Assembly: GCA_963820825.1 (NCBI GenBank) | Contig: CAWGBN010000009.1 | Coordinates: 32,001 to 96,000 of the forward strand | DNA: 64,000 bases | Direction of reading: 5' to 3' | From: Vulcanimicrobiota bacterium | Lineage (GTDB): Bacteria > Vulcanimicrobiota > Vulcanimicrobiia > Vulcanimicrobiales > Vulcanimicrobiaceae | Shown here: positions 11,151 through 21,477 of the stretch, piece after piece | How the letters are laid out: each line of letters begins with the position of its first letter | Numbering within the stretch: the stretch's first letter is position 1 | Notes under the pieces: generated by a model | Seen by the model: only the letters and a program-made list of their open reading frames with translations | What the model was told of the DNA's origin: nothing | Databases searched by the model: none | Program-made: the position numbers and the translations under genes

Positions 11151-11887
11151 GCTTTGAACATGTAACCGCGACTGCGAACCGTCAAGATGTGACGCGGCGC
11201 GCGCGAATCTTCTTCGATCTTTTCGCGCAGCCAGCGAATATGGACGCTGACGGTCTGCTGCTCGCCTTCGAAATCGTAGCCCCAAACCTTGTCGAGCAGC
11301 GTCTGCCGCGTCACGACGCGTCCGTGGTTCTCCATCAACACGCGCAGGAGCCCGAACTCCTTCGGAGCGAGCGCGACCTCTTTGCCGCGAACCGTGAGCT
11401 GCTGGCGAGACGGATCGAGGACGATCTCACCGAGCGCGATCGCTTCGTCGTGGCCGGAGTGCATCGAAGCTTGGCGGCGCAGGCGCGCCTTCACGCGAGC
11501 CAAGAACTCGTGGAGCGCGAAGGGCTTGGTGACGTAATCGTCGGCGCCGAGCTCGAGGGCCAGGACCTTGTCGATCTCTTGATCCTTCGCGGTCAGCATG
11601 ATGATCGGGACGGGACTGAACTTGCGAATCTCTTTGCACGCCTCGACGCCGTCGAGAACCGGAAGCATGATGTCGAGCACGATCAGGTCGGGCTGCTCGC
11701 GCTGCGCCATCGCGATTGCGCTGCGGCCGTCACCGGCGGTAACCACCGCATAACCGCTGCGCTCCAAGTTGAAGCGCAAGGTCTGAAGGATCGCTGACTC
11801 GTCGTCCACGACCAGGATCTTCTTATTGAAGTCCGGGCCTTTAGCCGGCGCCGTGCGCGGCGGCTTCGCTTCCGTTGTTACGTTCAT
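11147..11887 (-). CDS. phoB: OmpR/PhoB-family response regulator
   Basis: Receiver domain (VVDDE, LDIMLP, GADDYVTKPF) plus winged helix (VHIRWLREKIE, TVRSRGY); context with phoR and pstB. Confidence 0.8.
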   Translation of the reverse strand: MNVTTEAKPPRTAPAKGPDFNKKILVVDDESAILQTLRFNLERSGYAVVTAGDGRSAIAMAQREQPDLIVLDIMLPVLDGVEACKEIRKFSPVPIIMLTAKDQEIDKVLALELGADDYVTKPFALHEFLARVKARLRRQASMHSGHDEAIALGEIVLDPSRQQLTVRGKEVALAPKEFGLLRVLMENHGRVVTRQTLLDKVWGYDFEGEQQTVSVHIRWLREKIEEDSRAPRHILTVRSRGYMFKA

Positions 11888-12746
11888 ACGCCTTTACGAT
11901 CGCGCTGTAATCGAGCGCGCCGTCCCCCTGATCGGAGCGAGCAGTGTAGAGCTGGTACGCCAGCCCGGTGGCCGGCATCGGATATTTGAGCGCCCGAGCC
12001 GCGTCGAGTGCGGCGGCGAGATCCTTACGCAGGAGATCGAGCGCGAAGCCTCCGTCGAACGATCCCGCAAGCCACGTTTTCGGCAGCCATTCCGAGAGCA
12101 GGTAGTTCGACGCAGTCGCCGTGGCCAGCACGCTTCGCACGGCGTCGAGATCCGCGCCGGCACGCGCTGCAAAGACTAGGCCTTCCGCGTTCGCGATCAT
12201 AACGTTGGAAATGATAATCTGGTTGACGAGCTTGACGGTTTCGCCCATGCCGGGCGGGCCGAGATGGTGCGGGGTGCCCATCGCGCGCAGGACCGGCTCC
12301 GCCCTCGCGAACGCTTCCGGCGAGGCTCCGGCCATGATCGTCAGCGTCCCCTCGCGCGCGCGCGCCGGACCACCGCTCACCGGTGCGTCGATGAAATCGA
12401 TTCCGAGTGTAGCGAGGCGCTCGGCGAAACCGCGCGACGCGACCGGCGAAATCGTCGACATGTCGATGACGAGCAGGCCCGGCTTGGCTCCCTTGGTGAC
12501 GCCGCGCTCACCGAACAGCGCATCCTCGACGTTCGGCACATCGGGAACGCTCAGGATCACGGCATCGGCACGCGCCGCGAGCTCGGCAGGATCGGCGGCC
12601 TCCTCGATGCCCGCTTCGCGCAAACGTTCGAGCGCCTCGCGGCGCCGGTGCACGCTTGCGATCACCTCGAAGCCGGCGCGACGCAGCGCGGCGGCCATCG
12701 GCTCGCCCATCGCGCCCAATCCGACGAATCCGACACGCGCAATCAC
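11841..12746 (-). CDS. NAD(P)-dependent beta-hydroxyacid dehydrogenase (3-hydroxyisobutyrate / 2-hydroxy-3-oxopropionate reductase family)
   Basis: GFVGLGAMG, DMSTISP, DAPVSGG, KLVNQ, KDL. Confidence 0.9.
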   Translation of the reverse strand: MIARVGFVGLGAMGEPMAAALRRAGFEVIASVHRRREALERLREAGIEEAADPAELAARADAVILSVPDVPNVEDALFGERGVTKGAKPGLLVIDMSTISPVASRGFAERLATLGIDFIDAPVSGGPARAREGTLTIMAGASPEAFARAEPVLRAMGTPHHLGPPGMGETVKLVNQIIISNVMIANAEGLVFAARAGADLDAVRSVLATATASNYLLSEWLPKTWLAGSFDGGFALDLLRKDLAAALDAARALKYPMPATGLAYQLYTARSDQGDGALDYSAIVKAYERNNGSEAAAHGAG

Positions 12747-12809
12747 GTGCGGCCCCTTTGGGCGCTGGCTCAGGATAACCTTCGGGGGGCGGCGAAGCCG
12801 CTGGCTACT

Positions 12810-13736
12810 ATGACAGCAACCGCCACGCCAACGACTGCTCGCCCGACCTTCGACGCTATGAACCTTTCGATCGGGAAGCGCACCCGCTTGCACCGCCTGA
12901 TGTACGAACACGGCCCGGCAAACGGTACGCTCATGATGTTGCCGATCGACCAGGGTCTCGAGCACGGTCCGGTCGACTTCTTCGACAATCCCGATGCGCT
13001 CGACACCGATTGGATCTACCGGCTGGCGGTCGAAGGGAACTTCTCGGGAATCGCGCTTCACGTCGGCCTCGCCGAGAAGTATCAGAAGCACTACGCCGGA
13101 CGCGTTCCGCTCCTGCTCAAGGTCAACGGTAAGACGAACATTCCGCCGGACGACGAAGCGTTCAGTCCGCTCACGTCATCGGTCGAAGATGCCATCCGTT
13201 TGGGCGCCGACGCGGTCGGCTATACCCTCTACGTCGGAAGCCCCGCGCAAGAGCTCGACATCGCGCAGTGCAACGACGTGCGGCGCGACTGCGATCGCTA
13301 CGGCATGCCGCTGGTGATCTGGGCCTACCCCCGCGGTTCGGCCGTCAAGGCGAAGGGCGGGATCGATTCGCTCTACGCCGTCGACTACGCCGCGCGGGTC
13401 GCCTGCGAGATGGGCGCCGACGTCATCAAGCTCAACGAGCCGGTCTGGAAGCCCGACGACGCCGAGAAACTTCCCAAGCCGTACAACACGCTCGCCTTCG
13501 AAGACGTCGACGGGCTGCGCAAGGTCGTCAAATCGGCCGGGCGCAGTCTCGTGCTCGTCTCGGGCGGAAGCAAGATGGGCGACGAAGCGACAATCCACAA
13601 AGCGCATATCGCGATGGCGGCCGGCTGCGTCGGCCTGATCTTCGGACGCAACATGTGGCAGCGCAAATGGGATCAGGCGCTCGGCATGGCGTCGCAGATT
13701 CACGACGTCATGAAAGAGTACGGCCAGCGGCAGTAA
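12810..13736 (+). CDS. Class I (DhnA/FbaB-type) fructose-bisphosphate aldolase
   Basis: PIDQGLEHGP, GADAVGYT, WAYPRG, GADVIK Schiff-base lysine, GRN. Confidence 0.88.
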   Translation: MTATATPTTARPTFDAMNLSIGKRTRLHRLMYEHGPANGTLMMLPIDQGLEHGPVDFFDNPDALDTDWIYRLAVEGNFSGIALHVGLAEKYQKHYAGRVPLLLKVNGKTNIPPDDEAFSPLTSSVEDAIRLGADAVGYTLYVGSPAQELDIAQCNDVRRDCDRYGMPLVIWAYPRGSAVKAKGGIDSLYAVDYAARVACEMGADVIKLNEPVWKPDDAEKLPKPYNTLAFEDVDGLRKVVKSAGRSLVLVSGGSKMGDEATIHKAHIAMAAGCVGLIFGRNMWQRKWDQALGMASQIHDVMKEYGQRQ

Positions 13737-13737
13737 T

Positions 13738-13998
13738 TTAGTGCGCGGGCGCTTGGGTAGCGCACTGGGCGCATTGGTAACCGACGGCGCCACCATGTTG
13801 CTGCGGCACCATTTGTTCGAGCGAACCGCGGCGACCGCAGACTGCGCATGCGTAGGTCGTCGCACCGCTGCCGTGCGCGGCCGCACTCGATTCGCCCCGC
13901 TTGGCAACCCAAAACGAGCCGTAGATGATCAAGCCGATTACCGGCGGGGCCCATGCGAAGAACGAGTCGAAGGTGTGGCTCGAGATCTCGGCGATCAC
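13738..13998 (-). CDS. Small hypothetical membrane protein with CxxC..CxxC zinc ribbon
   Basis: One hydrophobic helix then CAVC and CAQC; GTGA overlap with the ferredoxin stop. Confidence 0.65.
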   Translation of the reverse strand: MIAEISSHTFDSFFAWAPPVIGLIIYGSFWVAKRGESSAAAHGSGATTYACAVCGRRGSLEQMVPQQHGGAVGYQCAQCATQAPAH

Positions 13999-14237
13999 TT
14001 CCTAAAATACTCGGCGTTGACTTCCGTGTAGTTCTGCCACTTCTCGGGCACGTCCGAATCGGCGAAGATCGCCTCTACCGGGCAGGCCGAGACGCAGGCG
14101 CCGCAATCGATGCAGACTTCCGGATCGATGTACAGCATTTCGTCTTCATCCTTGCCGTGAATGCAGTCGACGGGACAGACGTCCACGCACGACTTATCCT
14201 TGGTGCCGATACACGGCTCGGTGATAACGTAGGCCAT
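13995..14237 (-). CDS. Dicluster (7Fe-type) ferredoxin
   Basis: YVITEPC..KDKSCVDVCPVDCIH and CIDCGACVSACP. Confidence 0.93.
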   Translation of the reverse strand: MAYVITEPCIGTKDKSCVDVCPVDCIHGKDEDEMLYIDPEVCIDCGACVSACPVEAIFADSDVPEKWQNYTEVNAEYFRK

Positions 14238-14273
14238 AGATTTTCAGCTTCCCTCGGTGGGCGACGGCGCCCT

Positions 14274-14534
14274 TCAGGCCGCCGGCCGGCCTCGTACGAG
14301 GCGCAAGAGCCAGAGCAGAACGATCGCACCGATCAGCGCGCAGACCATGCTGGCAAGGTTGAAGCCCGTGACGCCGGTATGTCCGAAGAAGCCGTAGACC
14401 CAGCCGCCGATCACCGCGCCGAGTATGCCGACGATGACGTCCGCGATGATCCCGCCGGGCGCTTCGCCGGGCACGAGCCAACGCGCGACGAGACCGACGA
14501 TCAGGCCGAAGACGATCCAGGCAAGAATCCCCAT
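14274..14534 (-). CDS. GlsB/YeaQ/YmgE-family stress-response membrane protein
   Basis: GILAWIVFGLIVGLVARWLVPG, VGILGAVIGG. Confidence 0.92.
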   Translation of the reverse strand: MGILAWIVFGLIVGLVARWLVPGEAPGGIIADVIVGILGAVIGGWVYGFFGHTGVTGFNLASMVCALIGAIVLLWLLRLVRGRPAA

Positions 14535-14606
14535 TACCGTGCTCCCTTCTTCCGCTGCACAAGGGGTAAAGGGACGATACGCCCCTCCGGTGCAGGTTTA
14601 CCCATT

Positions 14607-15308
14607 ATGAAGCGTACTTTCATTTGCCTGCTCGCAGCATTCGCCGTCGCAACGTCCAGCGTTGCGGCAGCGCAGTCGAGTGCGACAGAAGTCACCGCGT
14701 CGGGAAACGGCAGCGTCTCCCTTCCTCCGGACGTCGCGACGCTCGACGTCGCCGTCGAAACGAACGCGCCGAATGCCGGCGACGCGACCTCGCAAAACAA
14801 CGCCCGCTACGACCGCATCGTCGCCGCGCTCGAAAAGCTCGGCATCGCGCGCAGCGACGTCGCGCTGACCTATTACAACGTGAGCTTTAATCCGCCGCCG
14901 CGCGTCACCTCGCCGACGTCGAGCGAACGCTATGGCTATACCGTCTCGCGCAACTTTTCCGTGAAGGTGCGGGAGATCGCATCGGCCGGACGCGTCAGCG
15001 ACGCGTGCACTTCCGCCGGTGCGACCGCGATCAACGGGGTCAGCTTCGGTCTGGCCGACCCAACCACGGCGCGGCGCGAAGCGACGGCGAAAGCCGTTGC
15101 CGAAGCCCGCGCAAACGCCGACGCCGTCGCCGCGGCGGCCGGATTGCGCATCGTCGGTATCAAGAGCATCGACCTCAACGGTGCTGGGCCGGGTCCGGTG
15201 CCGATGATGCGGATGGCCGCGACCGCGAACGCCGCACCGACCCAGTTCGATCAGTCCAACGTCAACGTCACCGTATCGATCAGCGTCGTCTTCCTGGCCG
15301 AGCCCTGA
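14607..15308 (+). CDS. SIMPL/DUF541 periplasmic protein
   Basis: Signal peptide; SGNGSVSLPPDVA, AGATAINGVSF, A..KAVAEARANA. Confidence 0.88.
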   Translation: MKRTFICLLAAFAVATSSVAAAQSSATEVTASGNGSVSLPPDVATLDVAVETNAPNAGDATSQNNARYDRIVAALEKLGIARSDVALTYYNVSFNPPPRVTSPTSSERYGYTVSRNFSVKVREIASAGRVSDACTSAGATAINGVSFGLADPTTARREATAKAVAEARANADAVAAAAGLRIVGIKSIDLNGAGPGPVPMMRMAATANAAPTQFDQSNVNVTVSISVVFLAEP

Positions 15309-15351
15309 GGCCGCCGAAACCCCGCGGCGGTGCGCGGAGTAGACGAGGGTG

Positions 15352-17286
15352 ATGGACCGACTCTGCGAAGGCTGCGGGAAGTTCCCGGCAGCGGTATCCT
15401 TTGGTGGACGACGCCTTTGCGCGGCCTGCGCGCAGAAGCGCACGATGACGAGCGCTCTGCCGTTCGTCGGGGCGGCGCTCGCCGCGGCCGGATTGATCGC
15501 CGGCAGCGCGTTTCTCGCCGAGAAGATGCAGGGCGGTGAGAGCAAACCGTCTCCGCTCGACGAGCTCGGCCGGCGCTTTCGCGGCGGCACGCCGACGCTG
15601 GCCGCCTTCTCACGCGACTTAACCGAGCTCGCGCGCGAAGGAAAGCTCGATCCCGTGATCGGGCGCGATACGGAGATCGATCGGATCGTTTCGATTTTGG
15701 CGCGCCGCAGCAAGAACAATCCCTGCCTGGTCGGCGAACCGGGCGTCGGAAAGACCGCGATCGTCGAAGGACTCGCGCGGCGAATCGTCTCGGGCGATGC
15801 TCCGGCGTCGTTGCGAGGCAAACGCATTCTCGCGCTATCGCTCGGCGGTTTGGTCGCAGGAACGAAGTATCGCGGCGAGTTTGAAGGGCGCGTCAAGCGG
15901 ATTCTCGACGAAGTCAAGCGCAGCGCTCGCGACGTCGTGCTCTTCATCGACGAACTGCACACGCTCGTCGGCGCGGGCGCCGCCGAAGGCGCGCCGCTCG
16001 ACTTGAGCACGATGATCAAGCCGGAGCTAGCCCGCGGCGATCTGCAATGCATCGGCGCGACAACCTTCGACGAATACCGCAAGTACGTCGAGTCCGACGC
16101 CGCGCTCGAACGCCGCTTCCAACCCGTCATGGTCGAGGAACCTACCATCGAGGCGACGATCGAGATTCTTCGCGGATTGCGCGAACGCTACGCGCGCCAT
16201 CACCACGTGACGATCGACGAATCGGCAATCGAATCGGCCGCGCACCTTTCGGCCCGTTATATCGCCGATCGCTTCTTGCCCGACAAGGCGATCGACCTCA
16301 TCGACGAAGCGGCCGCGTCGGTCGCCCTAGCCAACAGAGGTTCGGTCGAGTATCCGAGCGTGCGCAGCGAGGACGTCGCCGCCGTGGTGACGCGCTGGAC
16401 CGGCATCCCGCAATCATCGCTCACCGAGTCGCAGGCGGGACGGTTGCTCGATCTCGAGCGCCTGCTCCGGCAGCGCGTCATCGGTCAGGATCACGCGATC
16501 GCCTCGGTCTCCGAAGCGATCCGGCGCGCGCGCACCGGCCTGCACGATCCGCGCAAGCCGCTGGGCAGCTTTCTCTTCCGGGGCCCGAGCGGCGTCGGCA
16601 AGACCGAGCTTGCCAAGACGCTCGCCGAAGTACTCTTCGGAAGCGACGCCGCATTGGTGCGCGTCGATCTCTCCGAGTTCACCGAGCCGCACACCATCTC
16701 GCGACTCCTCGGCGCTCCGCCCGGATATGCGGGTCACGACGAACCGGGCCAGCTCACCGAGCCCGTTCGCCGGCGCCCCTATTGCGTCGTGCTCTTCGAT
16801 GAAGTCGAGAAGGCCCACCCGGACGTGGCCTCGATCCTACTGCAAATTCTCGACGACGGCCGGTTGACCGACTCCAAAGGGCGCACGATCGACTTCCGCC
16901 ACGCGCTGATCATTCTTACGACGAACCTCGAAGACGACGAGCTTGGCGTGGCGTTTCGCGCCGAACTTCTCGACCGCATCGACGAGATCGTCCCGTTCCG
17001 CGAACTCGGCCTGGAGCAGATCGAAGCGATCGTTACGATCCACGTCGACGCGCTCGCGGAGCGTCTGGGCGCCCGCAACGTGACGCTGAACCTCTCGGAC
17101 GAAGCGAAGCTCTATCTAGCGCGCGTCTCGATGGCCGCGGGCAGCGGCGCGCGCTACGTTCAGCGTACCGTTTCGCACTACGTATCGACGCCGCTCTCGA
17201 CCGCGCTGTTGCGCGGCGAGCTGCGCGACGGCTGCGGCGCCGAGGTGACGCTCGAGGGCGACGCGCTGCGCGTTCGCGCCGCTTAA
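15352..17286 (+). CDS. Clp/Hsp100 double-AAA+ ATPase with atypical N-terminus
   Basis: [49 protein letters not shown] sensor-2. Confidence 0.9.
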   Translation: MDRLCEGCGKFPAAVSFGGRRLCAACAQKRTMTSALPFVGAALAAAGLIAGSAFLAEKMQGGESKPSPLDELGRRFRGGTPTLAAFSRDLTELAREGKLDPVIGRDTEIDRIVSILARRSKNNPCLVGEPGVGKTAIVEGLARRIVSGDAPASLRGKRILALSLGGLVAGTKYRGEFEGRVKRILDEVKRSARDVVLFIDELHTLVGAGAAEGAPLDLSTMIKPELARGDLQCIGATTFDEYRKYVESDAALERRFQPVMVEEPTIEATIEILRGLRERYARHHHVTIDESAIESAAHLSARYIADRFLPDKAIDLIDEAAASVALANRGSVEYPSVRSEDVAAVVTRWTGIPQSSLTESQAGRLLDLERLLRQRVIGQDHAIASVSEAIRRARTGLHDPRKPLGSFLFRGPSGVGKTELAKTLAEVLFGSDAALVRVDLSEFTEPHTISRLLGAPPGYAGHDEPGQLTEPVRRRPYCVVLFDEVEKAHPDVASILLQILDDGRLTDSKGRTIDFRHALIILTTNLEDDELGVAFRAELLDRIDEIVPFRELGLEQIEAIVTIHVDALAERLGARNVTLNLSDEAKLYLARVSMAAGSGARYVQRTVSHYVSTPLSTALLRGELRDGCGAEVTLEGDALRVRAA

Positions 17287-19106
17287 GGTAAGAGCGTCGG
17301 ACCGCCGGCCGTTGCGGGCGAGAGCGCGAGGGCCATCGGCGCGCTGACTCCGTTCGAAATCGTCCCCCAGGATCCCGACGCGTAGGGCGCGGCGTACTCG
17401 GTCACGCTGTTGTTCCCGTAGTTGGCGACGTAGAGATTGCCGCTCGAATCGACCGCGAGCGCGACGGGTTGGCTCTGGCCGCCGACGATCGTGGTCGGCG
17501 AACTCGTATAGGGCGCGGCGTACTCGGTCACCGTATTCGCGCCTTGGTTCGGCACGAAGAGATTCGACGAGACGAGCGCGATCGAGCCTTGCTCGTTGAC
17601 GCCGTTGGTGATCGTCGCGACCGGAGCGCTCGCCTCGCTAAAGGGCGGCGTGAACTCCACGACCGAGCTCGGCGTCGAGTTCAGGTTCGCGACAAAGAGA
17701 TTTCCACGTGCGTCGAGCGCGACGGAGTTGGGCGTATTGAGTCCTCGCGAGATCGTGGTCGGCATGCCGGAGTACGGCGGTGCGTACTCGGCGACCGTAT
17801 TGGCGGCGGAGTTGACGACGAAGAGGTCGGCGGCCGCGTCGAGGGCGAGATCGACCGGATCGTTCACGTTTGCGGTGATGGTCGCGGCCGGGCCGCCGGT
17901 GTAGGGCGGAGAGTAGATCGTCACCGTATTGCTGCCGTTGCCGTTTGCCACGAAGAGACTTCCGCGCGAATCGACGGCGAGCGACTGCGGGTGGTTGATT
18001 CCCTTTACGATCGTCACCGGCCCCTGATTGTACGGCGGCAGATACTCGGTGACGCTGCCCGGTTGATTCGCAACGAAGAGGCCGCCGGCGGCGTCGAAGA
18101 CGAGCGTCTGGGGATTCGTCACGCCGTTCTGGATCGTCGCGAACGGCGTGCTCTGACCGGCGACGTAGAGCGTTACGCTGTTCCCGGCCGAGTTTGCGAC
18201 GGCGAGAATCTGCCGCACGTTGACTCGCGTAGTACTGCTGCAGACCGCGCCCGGTTGCAAGCACGGATTGCCGATACCGTTATAGTTCGTTCCGGCGCGT
18301 AGAATCGCGCTTCCGCTTGCCGCGCTCGAGGGCGTGACGTAGAAGAGATTCGGTGCAATCGCCGACGCTTGCGTGACCACCGAGAGCGATCCGCCGGTTT
18401 GACTGAGCGAGAACGTTGCGCCCGCGCCGCCGACCATGACGTTTTGATTCGCGTCGAGCATCTCGACGAGCAGCGGATGCCTGCCCGCGCCGTAGAGATC
18501 GATCGTGCCCTGCGAGTTCTGCGCGCTCGTTAAGGAGGCTGGAACGACGGCGATCTGCGCGGGCACGCCGCCTAACGTCAGATTGAGCGTGTTGTTCGAT
18601 CCGGGCGAAACGGTGAAGGCGATTGCGGCGCTTCCGATCGTCCCGGTGTAAACGCCCGACGGAAGCGAGAGCGCGAGCTGACACAACGAGCCGCCCGGCG
18701 CCGGCGTGCACCCGGCCGAGTTCGGACCGACGGAGAGGCTCTGGCTGATTGCCGTGGGACCGCTGACGTTGATGGCGAGCGATTGCGATCCAGGCGCCGG
18801 AACCGGCGTGGAGACCGGCGGCGTCGCGGACGCCTGCGCGTTGGGATTCGTTCCCGGAAACGCTCCGACGGGAGGCGGCGTCGGCGCCGGCGCGATCGTC
18901 TTGATTGCCGACGGTGCGGTGGCGCCGGCCGGCACGTAGATTTTAACGACGGTGTTGCCGACTCCGGCGAAACCGCTCGTGCCGCTCGTCCCGGCCGGCA
19001 TGAGGACGTTGCCTTGACTTCCGCCACCGGAACACGCGGCCGCGAACGCCGCCGTCGTCAAGGCGACGGCCGCTCGCACGAGCCGCACGTTCTGCATCCG
19101 GCGCAT
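17283..19106 (-). CDS. Lipoprotein with C-terminal NHL-repeat beta-propeller
   Basis: Lipobox AAAC-SGG; about six P..LA.D..G.LFVAN repeats, each followed by EY/F.PPY, plus a split closing blade. Confidence 0.82.
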   Translation of the reverse strand: MRRMQNVRLVRAAVALTTAAFAAACSGGGSQGNVLMPAGTSGTSGFAGVGNTVVKIYVPAGATAPSAIKTIAPAPTPPPVGAFPGTNPNAQASATPPVSTPVPAPGSQSLAINVSGPTAISQSLSVGPNSAGCTPAPGGSLCQLALSLPSGVYTGTIGSAAIAFTVSPGSNNTLNLTLGGVPAQIAVVPASLTSAQNSQGTIDLYGAGRHPLLVEMLDANQNVMVGGAGATFSLSQTGGSLSVVTQASAIAPNLFYVTPSSAASGSAILRAGTNYNGIGNPCLQPGAVCSSTTRVNVRQILAVANSAGNSVTLYVAGQSTPFATIQNGVTNPQTLVFDAAGGLFVANQPGSVTEYLPPYNQGPVTIVKGINHPQSLAVDSRGSLFVANGNGSNTVTIYSPPYTGGPAATITANVNDPVDLALDAAADLFVVNSAANTVAEYAPPYSGMPTTISRGLNTPNSVALDARGNLFVANLNSTPSSVVEFTPPFSEASAPVATITNGVNEQGSIALVSSNLFVPNQGANTVTEYAAPYTSSPTTIVGGQSQPVALAVDSSGNLYVANYGNNSVTEYAAPYASGSWGTISNGVSAPMALALSPATAGGPTLLP

Positions 19107-19114
19107 CGACGAAC

Positions 19115-19630
19115 CTAACGCAACGCGTTCTCGATGTCGTCGCGCATCATCGCAGGCGAAAGCTCGCCGACGACGATTTTGCGGACGATGCCGTTGCGAT
19201 CGATGAAGACGTGCACCGGCAGGCCGTTGATTTGGTATTGACCGCGCAGCGTGCCGGTATCGGCGACGACGGGATACGAGAGATGATGCTGGCTTCGAAA
19301 CTCACCGGCCTTATTGGCGTTCTCCAGCACGTCTACGCCGACGACCGCGACGCCGCGCGCGGCAAAACTGCGCGCCAGGGCATCGATCGCCGGCGCCTCT
19401 TCGTTACACGGCGGACACCAGGTGGCAAAGAAGTTCAAGTAGATCGCCTTCCCGTGCAGCGATGCTAGGGAGAGCGTCGGGCCGGGTATGCTCGTCTCGG
19501 TCCACTCCGGCGCAGCCTTCCCGACGTGTGCGATCTGCGGCGCGGCGCTCGAGCCCGCGCCGTCGCCGCGGGCGCAGGCCGCCAGAACGGCGGCAAGGCC
19601 GATGAAGAGGCCGGCGCGTCGCCTATCCAT
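19115..19630 (-). CDS. TlpA/ResA-family thiol-disulfide oxidoreductase (lipoprotein)
   Basis: LAAC lipobox, NFFATWCPPC, GLP cis-Pro loop. Confidence 0.9.
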   Translation of the reverse strand: MDRRRAGLFIGLAAVLAACARGDGAGSSAAPQIAHVGKAAPEWTETSIPGPTLSLASLHGKAIYLNFFATWCPPCNEEAPAIDALARSFAARGVAVVGVDVLENANKAGEFRSQHHLSYPVVADTGTLRGQYQINGLPVHVFIDRNGIVRKIVVGELSPAMMRDDIENALR

Positions 19631-20540
19631 AGCTCGGATAGCCGATCGCTTGGAGGTCAGACTGCATCTGTTTGACGAGTTCGCCCACGTCGGCAAAAAG
19701 CCGCTGTTCGCGCAGGTAGCGCAGGTCGCGAACGGCGAGCTCGCGCCCGTAGATCGTCTGCTGGAAGTCGCGAAGCCAGGCTTCGACGGTGCGCTCGCCG
19801 CCGCCGAACTGCGGATTGGTCCCGATCGAAACGAGTGCGGGGTAATCGCGCCCGTCATAACGTGCCGTCGCGCAATAGACGCCGTCCTTCGGCAGCAGCT
19901 TCGCCGGAACGCGCAGGTTCGCGGTCGGAAAGCCGAGCGTGTGCCCGCGTCCGGCGCCGATCTCGACCGGGCCGCGAAGCTCGTAGCCGGTGCCGCCGAG
20001 CAGACGATCCGCTTGCCCCAGTTCGCCCCGCTCGACGAGCGCGCGAATCCGCGTACTCGAGATCCGCTCGCCCCCATCGGTCACGGGCTCGACCGGCACG
20101 AGCGCGATGTCGCGTCGAGCGAGCACGTCGCGCATGCAGTCCGACGTCGCCGGCGCGGTGATGCCCAAAGCGGAACGTCGTGCCGACGACCACTCCGCGC
20201 ACCGCCAGCCGCTCGACCAGAATCTCGAGAAACGACTCGGGCGAGAGCGTCGCGATGCGATCGTCGAACTTGACGAAAAAGCACTCTTCGAATCCGGCGC
20301 GCGCGAAGAGCTCGAGACGCTCTTGCGGCGTGCAGAGCAGACGCGGCTCGGTTCCCGGGCGCAAGTGCGCCGCCGGATGGTTGGCAAAGGTGAGCACGTC
20401 CGCAGCGCCATCGCGGTCTGCGTAGTCGCAGCGTCTGCCGCGCAATCTCGCGATGCCCGCGATGGAAACCATCGAAGAACCCGATCGCGAGCACCAACGG
20501 CCGCACGCTCTCGCGCTCGAGATCGTGATAAACTTCTCAC
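19623..20540 (-). pseudogene. ribF: Bifunctional FAD synthetase/riboflavin kinase, frameshifted as sequenced
   Basis: GFFDGFHRGH, FRFGHHRAGD, ISSTRIR and LGFPTAN lie in different frames; single extra bases near 20535, 20399 and 20137. Confidence 0.85.
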
Positions 20541-21432
20541 TCGACGAAGACCTTGCGCGGCGCGAGCAGTGCGCCGAGCGCTTCGCCCACGCCGACGAGG
20601 GTGCGCGATTCGTCGCGCACGAAAACGTGGCGCGCCGCCGCGCCCTCGGGGAGCGGGACGACTCTGCCCGGCGCGAAAGTCGGCCGATTCGCGCAGATCG
20701 AGCACGATCGTCGGAAACGGGATGATGTTCTCCGGCGCGATCAACGCCTCGCGGGGATCGTGCGCGATCTCTTCAAGCGTGCGCGCCTCGTAGAGCACGA
20801 AGGGACCCGAGGCTTCACGCACGAGCGCTCCCATGTAGCGCCGGCAATCCGATCGCCGCGCCGAGATCCTGACAGAGCGTGCGAATGTAGGTTCCCTCGC
20901 TGCAGGCAACGCGCAGCCGCGCGACGCCCTTTCCCGAGCTTGCCGATGTCTCTGCTCCAAGCAGCGTCAGGCCGTAGATCGTGACGGCGCGCGCTTTACG
21001 CTCGACGCTCTTGCCCGCACGCGCCAGCTCGTAGAGCCGCTTCCCTTCGTGGCGCACCGCCGAGTACATCGGCGGCGTCTGTTCGATTCGCCCGACGAAG
21101 GCCGGCAGCGCCGCCTCTAAGAGCGCCGGCCAGTCACCTGGCACCGGCCGCTCTTCGACCGTCTCGCCCAGCGCGTCTTGCGTCGTCGTCGAACGTCCCA
21201 ACACCAACGTGCAGACGTAGCTCTTTCGCTGATCGACGAGCAAGGGAATCAGACGCGTCGCCTTGCCGATCGCAATCGGTAAGACGCCCGCGGCTTGCGG
21301 ATCGAGCGTTCCGAGATGACCCGCACCCAAGCGTCGATCGCCGGCATGCAACGCGTAGATCCGCCGCAGGCGCGCGACCGCATTCGCCGACGTCGGCCCC
21401 GCAGACTTGAAGAGATTGACGAACCCAATCAT
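20537..21432 (-). pseudogene. truB: tRNA pseudouridine(55) synthase, frameshifted as sequenced
   Basis: GHLGTLDP, PPMYSA, CSEGTYIRTL; C-terminus continues across extra bases near 20837 and 20667 to ..LAPRKVFVE*. Confidence 0.88.
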
Positions 21433-21477
21433 GCAACGTCACAACCCAGAAGTTTTGGTCGACGACCGAAACTTCTA

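Noticed and set aside
11841..13736. Sulfoglycolysis pair (YihU reductase plus YihT aldolase) near the sulfate genes
   Set aside because: The dehydrogenase has the ordinary DAPVSGG loop rather than the GRT sulfonate loop of YihU, the aldolase is DhnA-type, and no sulfoquinovose isomerase or kinase is present
17340..18200. Periodic DNA repeats as a possible CRISPR or tandem array
   Set aside because: They are degenerate NHL blade repeats within a coding sequence; no identical repeats with spacers and no cas genes
19623..20960. Apparent TruB-RibF fusion ORF (445 aa)
   Set aside because: Artefact of the clustered single-base insertions; the middle of the ORF is out-of-frame sequence
21448..21476. 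Hairpin AGAAGTTTTGGTC/GACCGAAACTTCT between nrnA and truB
   Set aside because: Real inverted repeat but without a U-tract or other support; cannot distinguish terminator from processing site
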